64,000 nucleotides of DNA from Vicinamibacteria bacterium. GTDB taxonomy: Bacteria; Acidobacteriota; Vicinamibacteria; Fen-336. The notes under the pieces are model-generated. The model saw only the letters and a program-made list of their open reading frames with translations. It was not told the origin of the DNA and made no database searches. The position numbers and the translations under genes are program-made. Numbering within the stretch: position 1 is the stretch's first letter; every line of letters starts with the position of its first letter. Shown here piece after piece: positions 48,514 to 57,935 of this stretch. The stretch covers positions 46,977-110,976 of the forward strand of contig DATMML010000037.1 of the NCBI GenBank assembly GCA_035570235.1, read 5' to 3'.

Positions 48514-49287
48514 GTGTCCGAGCCGATCCTGGCCAGGATCCCGCGACCTGGCCTCCTCCGCCGGGCGGCGGCCGGAGCCTGGCACGTTCCCGCCGGCTTC
48601 GCCTTCCTCCTGCGGAACCCATCTTTCTGGCCTCTCGCCGTGCTCCCCGCCCTGCTCGTCGTGATCTCCCTGGCCGGAGGTCTCCTGCTCGCCGCTTTCG
48701 CGGGCCCCTTTGTGGAGGGTGCGCTGTCTCCCGGGCGGGAGCGGATTCCCTCCGGCCTCGGCCTCCTCATGACCCTCCTGCGCTGGCTGGGCATGCTGCA
48801 AGCGGGGATGTTGCTGGGCCTGGCGGTGGCTTTCCTGGTCGCGGCTCCCCTCCTGGACCGCCTCTCCCGTCGGGTGGAGTCGCAGCTGGGAAACGCAGGG
48901 AAGGACCGCGAGCCCCGGCCGCGCCCGGAGGCCCTCGCGTCCCTCCAGGGCTCGCTCTACTTCCTGGCTGCGGCCCCGGGGGTCTTTCTGGTCGGCCTCG
49001 TTCCCCTCGCGGGACCGATCCTCGCCACGCTCTGGGGCGCCCACGCCCTGACCGAGCGGCTCACCGCGGAGCCGCTCGGCCAGCGCGGCCTCGGCTTCCG
49101 GGCCCGCCAGGCCTGGCACAAGGACTGGCGGGCGGAGAGCCTCGGTTTCGGGCTTGCTGGCCTGATCACGCTGGTCGTGCCCGTCGCCAACCTTCTCCTC
49201 GGCCCCGCGCTGGCCATCGGGGGGACGCTGCTCGTGCTCGACTTGGAGGCGTTGACGCCCCCCACGCCGAGGGTGACGGAGCCCTGA
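48514..49287 (+). CDS. EI24/CysZ-like membrane protein
   Basis: 257 aa, about 5 TM helices. CysZ/EI24-like organisation. GTG start. Confidence 0.5.
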   Translation: MSEPILARIPRPGLLRRAAAGAWHVPAGFAFLLRNPSFWPLAVLPALLVVISLAGGLLLAAFAGPFVEGALSPGRERIPSGLGLLMTLLRWLGMLQAGMLLGLAVAFLVAAPLLDRLSRRVESQLGNAGKDREPRPRPEALASLQGSLYFLAAAPGVFLVGLVPLAGPILATLWGAHALTERLTAEPLGQRGLGFRARQAWHKDWRAESLGFGLAGLITLVVPVANLLLGPALAIGGTLLVLDLEALTPPTPRVTEP

Positions 49288-49302
49288 AGACTCGCGGCCG
49301 CT

Positions 49303-50178
49303 CTATGTCGTCTCCTCGTCGCGCCGCGGCTCCAGCGCGCCCAACTGGAGCTTGAGGTCCAGGGGCTTGCCGTCGCGCTGCACGGTGATCGTGACCTCCT
49401 GGCTGGCCGCGTGCATCACCTCATGCCGCAGGTCCTCCCCGTCCCGCACGTCCTTGCCCCCGAACTTGAGGATCACGTCGCCGGCCTTCAGCCCCGCCTT
49501 GCCCGCGGGTCCGTCCTCGTCCACGCTGGTCACGAGCAGACCCCGGTCGTCGGGCAGGCGGAAGTAGTGGGCGAGCTGACCGGAGACCTCTTGATACTCG
49601 ATGCCGAGCCTCCGCGGGCCATGCCCGTGGCGGAAGAGCATGGTCCGTCCCTTGCCCCCGGCCCCGTCTTCCCAGCGGAGAGTACCGGGCGGCATGGGGG
49701 GCATGGGCGGCATGTGGGGCATATTGGGCAGGACCAGGTTCGGAACCTCGAGGTCGCCCAGCCGGAAAGCGGCGTCCTTCCCTTCCTCCAGCGTGGCGGA
49801 GAGCTTGTGGACGGCTCCCCCGCGGCTCACCTCCAAGCCGACCGTGCGGCCGGGCGGAGTCTCCCGGACGAGGCGAGCCAGTTGGACCGCGCCCTGCACT
49901 GCCTCCCCCTGGTAGCGGAGGATCACGTCCCCTTCCTTGAGCCCGGCCTTCTCGGCCGGGGTGTCGGAGTCGACGGACTTCACGAGGGCTCCGCGCTCTT
50001 CGGACAGCTTGAGCTTGGCGACGTCCGACTTGCCCACGTCCGCGAGCTGGACGCCTAGGTGGGCCCCGCCCATGCGGACGACCTGTACCCGGCGCCCTTC
50101 CGCCCCGGACGCCCCGGGGGCGAACCCGGCCGCGACCAGTGCGGAAATCCCTATGGTCAATCCAATCCAGCGTGGCAT
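49303..50178 (-). CDS. secreted tandem-PDZ-domain protein
   Basis: Perfect RBS gaggagg before the ATG (MPRWIGL...). Signal peptide. Two PDZ-like modules (GLKEGDVIL / GLKAGDVIL). Confidence 0.6.
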   Translation of the reverse strand: MPRWIGLTIGISALVAAGFAPGASGAEGRRVQVVRMGGAHLGVQLADVGKSDVAKLKLSEERGALVKSVDSDTPAEKAGLKEGDVILRYQGEAVQGAVQLARLVRETPPGRTVGLEVSRGGAVHKLSATLEEGKDAAFRLGDLEVPNLVLPNMPHMPPMPPMPPGTLRWEDGAGGKGRTMLFRHGHGPRRLGIEYQEVSGQLAHYFRLPDDRGLLVTSVDEDGPAGKAGLKAGDVILKFGGKDVRDGEDLRHEVMHAASQEVTITVQRDGKPLDLKLQLGALEPRRDEETT

Positions 50179-50474
50179 GCGACCTCCTCGAAAAAAGCTA
50201 CTCATGCAAGCCCTTAGACGCCGAGCCGCAAAAAAAGTCGGGGGGCTATGGGCCGGGCCCCCCGACGTGGGTAGGGACGATCTTATGACCTGCGGTTCAG
50301 GGGCCTGTATACCTGGGCGTGATGGCCCTGCTGGGGGGCAGCCGCTTTGGCCTCTCCCCCGCCAGTTCCGCTCGGCCCAGACGGAAAAAAGCAAGAGCTA
50401 AGAAGAAGCAGCCCCGCCCCCGGCCGCAGAATGGAGGCGTCGGCGGGCCGGGGAGGCCCGAAGGAGGCGGAGTC

Positions 50475-51143
50475 ATGACCGAAGTCCGGCAAACTCTCAT
50501 CGAGGCCGTGAAGAAGGGCGACGCCCCGGCCGTCAACCGGCTACTGGACGACAACCCGGCCCTCCTCAGAGCGCAGACGGATGAGGGCGTGTCCGCCATA
50601 CTGCTCGCCGTCTACTACCGGCAACCAGAGATCGCCCAAGCCTTCCTGGCCCGGGGTGCCGTCTTGAGCCTCTTCGAGAGCTGTGCCCTGGGCCGACTGG
50701 ATCGGGTCTCGCAGATCCTGGCCGAGGACAGCGCGGCCCTACGCTCCTACTCTCCCGACGGCCACACCCCCCTCGGATTGGCGTGCTTCTTCGGCCACCG
50801 GGACATCGTCCGGCTGCTCATCGAGAAAGGGGCGGACGTGAACGCGGCCTCAAAGAACGCGCAGCGGGTGGCCCCCCTGCACGCGGCCACGGCCCGGCCG
50901 GATGCCGAGATCGTCGAGGCGTTGCTCAGAGCGGGGGCGGACCCCAAGCGGCAACAGGAGGCCGGCATCACTCCCCTGCACGAGGCGGCCGCGGCTGGAC
51001 AGGAGGCGATCGCGCGCCTGCTGATTGCCCACGGGGCCGAGCGGGACGCCCGCGCCGACGATGGCCGAACCGCAGCCGATCTGGCTCGGGCCAAGAAGCA
51101 CGAAGCGCTAGCCGGATGGCTGGAGTCCCCCGGCAAGGGGTGA
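50475..51143 (+). CDS. ankyrin-repeat protein
   Basis: RBS aggaggcgg. Repeated TPLHxAAxxGHxxIVxLLLxxGA motifs. Confidence 0.75.
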   Translation: MTEVRQTLIEAVKKGDAPAVNRLLDDNPALLRAQTDEGVSAILLAVYYRQPEIAQAFLARGAVLSLFESCALGRLDRVSQILAEDSAALRSYSPDGHTPLGLACFFGHRDIVRLLIEKGADVNAASKNAQRVAPLHAATARPDAEIVEALLRAGADPKRQQEAGITPLHEAAAAGQEAIARLLIAHGAERDARADDGRTAADLARAKKHEALAGWLESPGKG

Positions 51144-51175
51144 GGGCCCACTGGATCTCCCCCAAACGGGGCGGC

Positions 51176-51802
51176 TTAGTGGGTGGTCTTGCCCAGGCCG
51201 TAGGTCTGCTCGAGCAGCAGGAAGTCCAGGATCTCGAGCAGGCGCGCGTAGCGGGCGAGGATGCTGTCGCAGTCCAGGAGCGACTGTCGCTCAACCGGGG
51301 CTAGGGTGAGGGTCTGGCAAAGGGCGTTCACGAACACGTCGTGGGGCAGCTCGGTTTGGAGCACCAGGGAGACGGGGCCATCCGAGGCCTTGCCGATCGC
51401 GGCGAGGACCCGCCGGCGCATGGCCTCGAGCGAAGCGGTGTCTCCCATTCCCTCGGGCAGGGCGTCCACCGCGGCCAGCCGGTAGAGTTCGCCCTCGTGC
51501 TCCTCGCGGATCCGGAAGCGCACCGTCCCCCGCAACAAAATATTGTACCGTCCCTGTTCGAGCGGCTCACTCTGCTCGATGACCCCTGCGCAACCCACCC
51601 CGTAGACCGAGGGTCGGCCCTGGTAGTGGGGCTCCCAGCCCGGCTGCAGGAGCGTCATGCCGATGGTTCGGTGGCTGTCCAGGGCGTCCGCCACCATCTT
51701 TCGATAGCGCGGCTCGAAGACGTGCAGGGGCATGGGCATCTGCGGGAACAGCACGACGTTCGGCAGAGGGAAAAGCGGAAGAAGGCCGGGAAGAGGCTTC
51801 AC
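51176..51802 (-). CDS. Lon N-terminal (LON substrate-binding) domain protein
   Basis: LPLFPLPNVVLFP N-terminus characteristic of the LON_substr_bdg domain. No protease domain. Confidence 0.7.
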   Translation of the reverse strand: MKPLPGLLPLFPLPNVVLFPQMPMPLHVFEPRYRKMVADALDSHRTIGMTLLQPGWEPHYQGRPSVYGVGCAGVIEQSEPLEQGRYNILLRGTVRFRIREEHEGELYRLAAVDALPEGMGDTASLEAMRRRVLAAIGKASDGPVSLVLQTELPHDVFVNALCQTLTLAPVERQSLLDCDSILARYARLLEILDFLLLEQTYGLGKTTH

Positions 51803-51887
51803 GAGGGTTACCGGGATGCGTCAAGCGTCCCCGGCCTCGCGCACGCCGTGGCGGCCGGTCTGAAGCCGGCCGCCCCGTAGCCCAGCC

Positions 51888-52247
51888 TCAGTGGTGATGA
51901 CCCCCGCCGCCACCTTCGCCGCCGGCGTTGAACGAATGGCCGCAGCCGCAGGTGGATGTCGCGTTCGGATTCTTGATGGCGAAGCCGCCCCCCATCAGGT
52001 CTTCCTTGTAGTCGACCTCGGCCCCCTCGAGGTAGCGCATGCTCATGGGGTCCACAATGACCTTCACGCCCTCCGCCTCGAAGACCTGGTCGCCGTCCGC
52101 GGCTTCGTCCAGCACCATTCCGTACGAGAAGCCGGAACAACCGCCGCCCTGCACGTAGATTCGGAGTCCACCCTGGGGGATGTTCGCCTTCTCCTGCTCC
52201 AGGATGCCCTTCACCTTCTGGGCAGCGTTCACGGTGAGGTTGATCAT
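51888..52247 (-). CDS. erpA: Fe-S cluster insertion protein, HesB/IscA/ErpA family
   Basis: Conserved Cys triad (GGGCSGFSY...CGCGHSF). Confidence 0.8.
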   Translation of the reverse strand: MINLTVNAAQKVKGILEQEKANIPQGGLRIYVQGGGCSGFSYGMVLDEAADGDQVFEAEGVKVIVDPMSMRYLEGAEVDYKEDLMGGGFAIKNPNATSTCGCGHSFNAGGEGGGGGHHH

Positions 52248-52650
52248 CGGTCAGCTCTCCTCATCCCGAGATCTGACCGCAAGCCTCCGCAAGCAGGCGG
52301 AAACCCGGCTCGACCTCGACAACTCCATCTTACCTCATCTGGACTTTTTTGTGAAGCTTGGTCCCGAGGCCCCTCCACGAGGCCATCATTATTAGAATTG
52401 AGATGCGAGGGCGCCTTTGAGGGGCTGCTCATGCTCCGCCTAGCGGGGTTCCGCCGTTCCACCTGCTCTAGTTTACGGGCCATGCTGGCCGTGGCCGGTC
52501 AGACGGCCGACTCCGAGTGCTACGATACTACGAACCGACGCCGAGTCGGGTCCAATAACCCTAGGCAGCCCCCGATTCGTCGCAAACGGCTGCCCGGTTC
52601 GCACCGTCAAGCGCTCAAAATGGCGCGGGGAGGGGCTCCTGGGTGAACTC

Positions 52651-53853
52651 ATGGCCACCAGCGACGGACCGGAGCTGATACGTCGCGTCATCGCGTCCGG
52701 GTTGAGGGGACGGGGCGGGGGCTGGTTCCCTACCGGCCGGAAATGGCAGGCCGTCCGCGCTGAAGAAGGAGACTCCTTCCTGGTCGCGAACGGGGCGGAG
52801 GGGGAGCCGGGATCTGTGAAAGACCGGTTCCTCATGACCACGCGGCCGGGGGAGGTCGTCCGGGGCCTGGCCCTTGCGGCCCGCGCGGTGGGGGCTAGGG
52901 AGGCGGTCATCTTCCTGAAGGGGTCGTTCGCGGGGCCGGCGGCGGCTCTGCGCGCCGCCCTCCGCGAGGCTCAGCTTGCCGATCTCACGGTCGAGGTCCG
53001 CCACGGCGATGATGGCTACATCAGCGGAGAAGAGACGGCCGTGCTGGAGGCTCTCGAGGACCGTCGGCCTTGGCCACGGCCGAAGCCCCCTCTCCCCGCC
53101 GCCGTCGGCTTTCGCGGGCGGCCGACCTTGGTCCAGAACGTCGAAACCCTGGCCCGGGTGCCCGCGGCGGTCGACGATCCCGAACGCTTCCGCCGCACCG
53201 AGTCGACGCTCGTCTCGCTCTGGGGTCACGTGCGGCGGCCGGGCATCTACGAGGTTCCACTCGGCACCCCGCTGCGCCGCCTGATCGAGGAGGAGGGCGG
53301 GGGCGCACCGGATGGTCTGGGCATGATCTTCCCGGCCGGACCCTCCGGAGCTCCCCTGAGCGCCGCCCAGGCCGACACGCCCCTCGATCCCGACGCACTC
53401 CGGGCCTCGGGCTCCGCCCTGGGAACGGCGTCCGTGCTGGTCCTGGGCGTGTCCGCCTGCCCGCTCGGCGTAGCGGCCTCGCTGGCCGCCTTTTTCGAGC
53501 GCGAGTCCTGTGGCCAATGCCCACCGTGCACGGTCGGCACATCGAGCCTGGGCCGGATCGTGCGAGCCGTGGAGGCGGGAGAGGCCCGGGCGAGGGACCT
53601 GACCGACCTCGGCGAGGTGTCGGGCTTCATGGCCAGCCACGGATACTGTGCCCACAGCCGGACCGCCGCGGGTTCTGTAACCGGACTCCTGACCCGATTT
53701 CGGGGCGACGTGGAGGAGCATCAGCGCCGGGGCCGTTGCCCGCACCCCGGCCCTCCCCTCGACCCCTTCGGCCCGGCGTCACCCGAGCGGACCGCAATCG
53801 AGGCGGTCCTGGCCGGGTTGCCCTCGCCCACGACCGCGGCCGAGGTCCGGTGA
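52651..53853 (+). CDS. NuoF-like flavoprotein (complex I 51-kDa subunit family) with C-terminal [4Fe-4S] motif
   Basis: GRGGGWFPTGRKW FMN/NADH-site motif and ESCGQCPPCTVGT 4Fe-4S motif. Confidence 0.65.
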   Translation: MATSDGPELIRRVIASGLRGRGGGWFPTGRKWQAVRAEEGDSFLVANGAEGEPGSVKDRFLMTTRPGEVVRGLALAARAVGAREAVIFLKGSFAGPAAALRAALREAQLADLTVEVRHGDDGYISGEETAVLEALEDRRPWPRPKPPLPAAVGFRGRPTLVQNVETLARVPAAVDDPERFRRTESTLVSLWGHVRRPGIYEVPLGTPLRRLIEEEGGGAPDGLGMIFPAGPSGAPLSAAQADTPLDPDALRASGSALGTASVLVLGVSACPLGVAASLAAFFERESCGQCPPCTVGTSSLGRIVRAVEAGEARARDLTDLGEVSGFMASHGYCAHSRTAAGSVTGLLTRFRGDVEEHQRRGRCPHPGPPLDPFGPASPERTAIEAVLAGLPSPTTAAEVR

Positions 53854-54641
53854 CCCCGGTCTTCTACCTTTTCCTGCTGCACCTCTCCCTGGGCCTGCTG
53901 GCCACACTCCCCCTTGTTCCTGCGCGCGCGGGGGTGACTTTCTTCAAGTTCTGCTCCGCCGCCGCCGCCACTCTGACCACCGCCGCCCTGGGTCTGCTTT
54001 ACCGCCGCTTCGGGCTCGCGGCCGGGCCGGGAGCCCCCGCGAACTCCGCCTATCGCGCCCTACTTCTGGCGACCGTGGCCTTGGTCCTTTTCACCGTCCT
54101 CTACAACCGCGCCTGGCACTTTGGCTGGAAGCCTCTGCGGGGGCCGTTCTTGGCGGGGGCCCTGGCCGCCGGGCTTACGGCCGTCGTCCTGGGCGCCCCC
54201 GGCCCCGTCTTCCTCGCCAGCGACCTCACCTCGCTCCTCCTGCTGGGAGCGGCGGCCTCCGCCATGATCCTGGGCCACTTCTATCTCGTGGTCCTGGACT
54301 TACCGATCACCGCCCTCAGGCGCTTGACCGTGGGCCTCGTGGTGGCCCTCGTGATGCGCGCGGGGGTGGTAGGGGTGGCCCTGGCCGGCCCCAGCCAAGC
54401 CGGATACGCGGAGGCCCGCCTCATCGCGGGGGGCCTCTGGAGCCCCGACGGGATCTTCGTTTGGATGCGGTTGCTCTTCGGGATCGCGGGCCCGCTCTGC
54501 CTTGTATGGTTCATCTGGAAGACGGTGGAAATCCGCTCTACGCAGTCCGCCACCGGGATCCTCTACGTCCAGCTGTTCCTCGTCATGGCGGGAGAGCTTC
54601 TCGCCCAGTACCTGAGCGTGGCCGCGGGCTTCCCGTTGTGA
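53850..54641 (+). CDS. polytopic membrane protein translationally coupled to NuoF-like gene
   Basis: GTG start overlaps the upstream TGA (GTGA). About 8 hydrophobic helices. Confidence 0.5.
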   Translation: MTPVFYLFLLHLSLGLLATLPLVPARAGVTFFKFCSAAAATLTTAALGLLYRRFGLAAGPGAPANSAYRALLLATVALVLFTVLYNRAWHFGWKPLRGPFLAGALAAGLTAVVLGAPGPVFLASDLTSLLLLGAAASAMILGHFYLVVLDLPITALRRLTVGLVVALVMRAGVVGVALAGPSQAGYAEARLIAGGLWSPDGIFVWMRLLFGIAGPLCLVWFIWKTVEIRSTQSATGILYVQLFLVMAGELLAQYLSVAAGFPL

Positions 54642-55069
54642 GGCGGCCGCCCGAGATCGCTTTTGCCTGCCCCCGATGCGGGGGGGAGGCCCGGGCGGGC
54701 CCCGACGGCCGGGCCCGCTGCTCCTCCTGCGGGGCGGAGACGATCCTGACCACCTCCTCTTCCCTGCTCGAGCAGGGACTGGTGGACCGATGCCCCGCCT
54801 GCGGCGGGGAACAACTCTACGTCCAGCGGGACTTCAACCAGAAGGCGGGGCTCGCGATCGTGGGCTTGGGCGCCGCCCTCGCCCCTTTCACCCCCTTCTA
54901 CTCGAGCCTCTTCGTGGCCGCGCTCGTCGACGCCATCCTATATATGATCCTGCCCGAGATAAGCGTCTGCTACCGCTGCCAGGCCCACTTCCGGGGCTTC
55001 GCGAGGAACCCGAAGCACGGGCCTTTCGACCTCCACGTGGCCGAGCAGTACGGCACCCGGACGCGGTAG
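54638..55069 (+). CDS. zinc-ribbon (3x Cx2C) protein with C-terminal TM segment
   Basis: GTG overlaps the upstream stop. CPRCGG...CSSCG...CPACGG...CYRCQ. Confidence 0.45.
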   Translation: MRRPPEIAFACPRCGGEARAGPDGRARCSSCGAETILTTSSSLLEQGLVDRCPACGGEQLYVQRDFNQKAGLAIVGLGAALAPFTPFYSSLFVAALVDAILYMILPEISVCYRCQAHFRGFARNPKHGPFDLHVAEQYGTRTR

Positions 55070-55201
55070 GGAGCCCTCGGAGAGCGGCCAACCCCGTCGG
55101 CGCGAGCGCGGTTTGGGATCGCCGTTCTTGAGAGAGTGACGCGCTTCCGCTCCCCCGACCGGCGCGGAGGGAACGCGGCGGGAAGGTAGAATGGGCGCTC
55201 C

Positions 55202-56035
55202 ATGCCCGAGCTGCCGGACCTGCTCTACATCCTCACGAGCCTCCGGGAGACGCTGCTCGGCCGGCACGTGACCGCAGAGCGCGTCAAGGAGCCGGTGGTC
55301 CTCCGTTACGCGGTGCGCGGGAACCTGTCCCTCCTGCTGGGCCGTAAGCTCGCCGACCTCGGGCGAAGGTCCCACTTCCTCGCCTTCCGCTTCGAGGGCC
55401 TGGACCTCGCCGTGAACCCCATGCTGGCCGGGCGCTTCCGGCTAGCCGCCCCGGGGCAGAAAGACGAGGCATCGCTGGCCTTCGCCCTCGGCTTCGGCGA
55501 TCTCGAGCTTCGCTATCTCGACGACAAGAAGATGGGCAAGGCCTACCTGATCGGGGCCGACGACTGGGGAGCCATTCCCGGGCTCCAGACGGGTGGGGTC
55601 GACGTCCTGTCCCCGGAGTTCACGCGGGAGCGGTTCGTGAGCCTGCTCAAGCATCGGCGCGATCAAGTGCGGGCCTTTCTCCTCGACAAGAAGGCCCTCG
55701 ACAGCCTGGGCAACGCTTACGCCGACGAGGTGCTCTTCGCAGCCGGAATCCATCCCAAGACCTGGTGCCGGTCCCTCTCCCACGCGGACGCTGTTCACCT
55801 CCACGAGGCGATCGTGACCGTGATGAAGGAGGCGGTGGCGGAGGTCGCACGGCGCGGAGAGCCCATCGACGTGAAGGTGCGCGACTTTTTGAAGGTCCGG
55901 TTGAAGGAGCGCTGCCCGCGCTGCGGCGGCAAGATCCGCGTCGCGGGCGTGAAGGGCATGGACGCCTACTTCTGCCCGCGCTGCCAGCCCGCGACCCGGG
56001 CCGGGCTCGTGGACTGGACGCGCACGGGGAAGTGA
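55202..56035 (+). CDS. Fpg/Nei-family DNA glycosylase/AP lyase
   Basis: MPELPD N-terminus (catalytic Pro2) and a C-terminal zinc finger (CPRCG...CPRCQ). Confidence 0.8.
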   Translation: MPELPDLLYILTSLRETLLGRHVTAERVKEPVVLRYAVRGNLSLLLGRKLADLGRRSHFLAFRFEGLDLAVNPMLAGRFRLAAPGQKDEASLAFALGFGDLELRYLDDKKMGKAYLIGADDWGAIPGLQTGGVDVLSPEFTRERFVSLLKHRRDQVRAFLLDKKALDSLGNAYADEVLFAAGIHPKTWCRSLSHADAVHLHEAIVTVMKEAVAEVARRGEPIDVKVRDFLKVRLKERCPRCGGKIRVAGVKGMDAYFCPRCQPATRAGLVDWTRTGK

Positions 56036-56060
56036 AGCGATAATGGAGTGAGGAGCGTGG

Positions 56061-56279
56061 ATGAGCAAGGAAGACTTAATCGAATTGCAGGGAGTGGTGA
56101 CGGAGGTCTTGGCCGGCGGCAACTACAAGGTCAAGTGCGGCGAGAACCACGAGGTCCTAGCCCGGCTCAATGGCAAGATGCGGCAGTTCCGGATTCGCGT
56201 GATCGCAGGCGACCGCGTTACCGTGGGCGTATCCCCCTACGACCTCAAGCGCGGCCTCATCACTTACCGCGCTAAGTAG
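56061..56279 (+). CDS. infA: translation initiation factor IF-1
   Basis: 72-aa S1-fold protein (MSKEDLIELQGVVTEVL...). RBS gaggag, -10-like GATAAT upstream. Confidence 0.9.
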   Translation: MSKEDLIELQGVVTEVLAGGNYKVKCGENHEVLARLNGKMRQFRIRVIAGDRVTVGVSPYDLKRGLITYRAK

Positions 56280-56285
56280 CCCCCC

Positions 56286-56978
56286 CTGGCCCGTTTCCGC
56301 TCCGTCCTCTTCGACCTCGACAACACCCTGCTCGATTTCGACCGGGCCGAGAGAGCGGCGCTCCGCGCCGCCCTCGCCCAGCTGGGTCTGCCCTTGAGCC
56401 GCTCCGCCTTGCGCGAGTACCGCCGCATCAACGATGAGCTCTGGGCCCTCTACCGCCGCGGGGGAATCGCCCAGCCGGTATTGGCGGTGGAGCGCTTCCG
56501 GCGGCTGCTCGAGTTCCTGGGGGGCGACCACCGGCGGGCGCCTCGCCTCGGCCGGGCCTACCTCGATCACCTGTCCGAGCGTGGTGACCGCCTGCCCGGC
56601 TGCCGGCCCACCCTGGCCCGCCTTTCGGCCCGCCACGGGCTGGGGGTCGTGACCAACGGCATCGATCGCGTCCAGCGAGCGCGGCTGCGGGCGGCCCGGC
56701 TGGAGCAATTCTTCCAGGTGGTGGTCACCTCGGAGGGCTGCGGCTTCGCCAAGCCCGATCCCCGCATCCTCGGCGTCGCCCTCACCGCGCTGGGGCACTC
56801 CCCGGCCCAGGCCCTCTTCGTGGGGGACGACGTGGGGACGGACGGAGGGGCCGCCGCGCGGGCGGGTGTCGCCTTCTGCTGGATGGACCGGGGTCGGGGG
56901 CACGCGCGGGGTCTCCGCCCGCCACGCCGCCGGGTGAGCAGACTCCTCGAGCTACCGGACCTCCTCTCGAGGACTTGA
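56286..56978 (+). CDS. HAD-superfamily hydrolase
   Basis: Motif I (VLFDLDNTLLDF) lies upstream of the first ATG, so a non-ATG start (CTG at 56286) is implied. Start uncertain. Confidence 0.55.
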   Translation: MARFRSVLFDLDNTLLDFDRAERAALRAALAQLGLPLSRSALREYRRINDELWALYRRGGIAQPVLAVERFRRLLEFLGGDHRRAPRLGRAYLDHLSERGDRLPGCRPTLARLSARHGLGVVTNGIDRVQRARLRAARLEQFFQVVVTSEGCGFAKPDPRILGVALTALGHSPAQALFVGDDVGTDGGAAARAGVAFCWMDRGRGHARGLRPPRRRVSRLLELPDLLSRT

Positions 56979-57108
56979 CCCAGCCTATAATCCCTCCGCC
57001 GGAGTAGGAGGCCAGATCCTGGACTCGCCCGTATCGATCCCGCGTGCCGCCGTCTCCTCGATCGTCTTCCTTCGCAGCGAGATCCCCGCTCAGCATCCCT
57101 CGGCAGCC

Positions 57109-57915
57109 GTGCTCGGAGAGGAGCGCCTAGGGGCGGGGGTGGCGGTGGCTCCCGACCAGGTCTTGACCGCGCACTACCTGGTCCTGGGAGCGGCGCAGGC
57201 GGAGGTGACGGGGGCGGACGGAAAGCCGCGTGGGGTGCGGGGAGTGGCCCTGAACCACGAGACCGGCCTGGCCCTTCTCCGGCTCGAAGGCCCCGAGCTC
57301 CGCCCCGCGCGTCTGGGCGAAGGCGGCCCCGTGGCGCCCGGCCTGCCCGTCTTCCTACTGACCTGCACGAGCGACCGGGAGCGCAAGGGCGCCACCGGCC
57401 ACATCTCGATGGTGGGCCCCTTCGAGGCCTTCTGGGAGTACATGCTGGACCAGGCCATCATGACCACCGCCATCAACCCAGGCTTGGCGGGAGCTCCCCT
57501 TTTCGACCCCGGCGGGCGGGTCATCGGCATCGTCTCCCTGGGCCTGGCCGCGGTGGGCCGCTACAGCCTGGCCATTCCGGTGGACCTCTTCCTGCAGCAC
57601 CGGGAGGAGATGGAGAGCGAGCAGGGCGTGCGCACGGATCCCCCCCGGGCTTGGGTGGGTTTTTACCCGCAGGGCTTCGACGGCGGCGTGGCCATCAACG
57701 GCATCGTGCCCGGGGGCCCCGGGGACAAGGCCCGGCTCGCCCGGGGAGACTTGATCCTCTCCGTGGACGGCGCGCCCGTTTCCAACCTCCGCGAGCTCTA
57801 CCGCGCCATATGGCGCAAGGGGCCCGGCGAATCGCTGGGGCTGCAGATCTTGCGCGACTCCTCGATCCGCGTGATCGAGGTCGTGGCGGGCGACCGCTAC
57901 GAGTTCTACAAGTAG
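57109..57915 (+). CDS. trypsin-like (DegP/S1C-like) domain plus PDZ protein with degenerate catalytic triad
   Basis: Catalytic His retained (LTAHYLV). Asp box is ETGLALLRL and Ser box is GLAGAPLF (canonical GNSGGPL), so Asp and Ser are replaced. C-terminal PDZ (GDLILSVDG). Confidence 0.55.
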   Translation: MLGEERLGAGVAVAPDQVLTAHYLVLGAAQAEVTGADGKPRGVRGVALNHETGLALLRLEGPELRPARLGEGGPVAPGLPVFLLTCTSDRERKGATGHISMVGPFEAFWEYMLDQAIMTTAINPGLAGAPLFDPGGRVIGIVSLGLAAVGRYSLAIPVDLFLQHREEMESEQGVRTDPPRAWVGFYPQGFDGGVAINGIVPGGPGDKARLARGDLILSVDGAPVSNLRELYRAIWRKGPGESLGLQILRDSSIRVIEVVAGDRYEFYK

Positions 57916-57935
57916 TTAGGCCTCAAGAGACGGCA

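Noticed and set aside
52420-52646. Possible tmRNA or tRNA-like element suggested by a 5' GGGGCUG... start and a gguuccgcc segment
   Set aside because: There is no T-loop GGUUCGAAUCC, no CCA-proximal acceptor pairing and no tag-peptide ORF ending in a tmRNA-like motif. It is kept only as a generic structured-RNA candidate.
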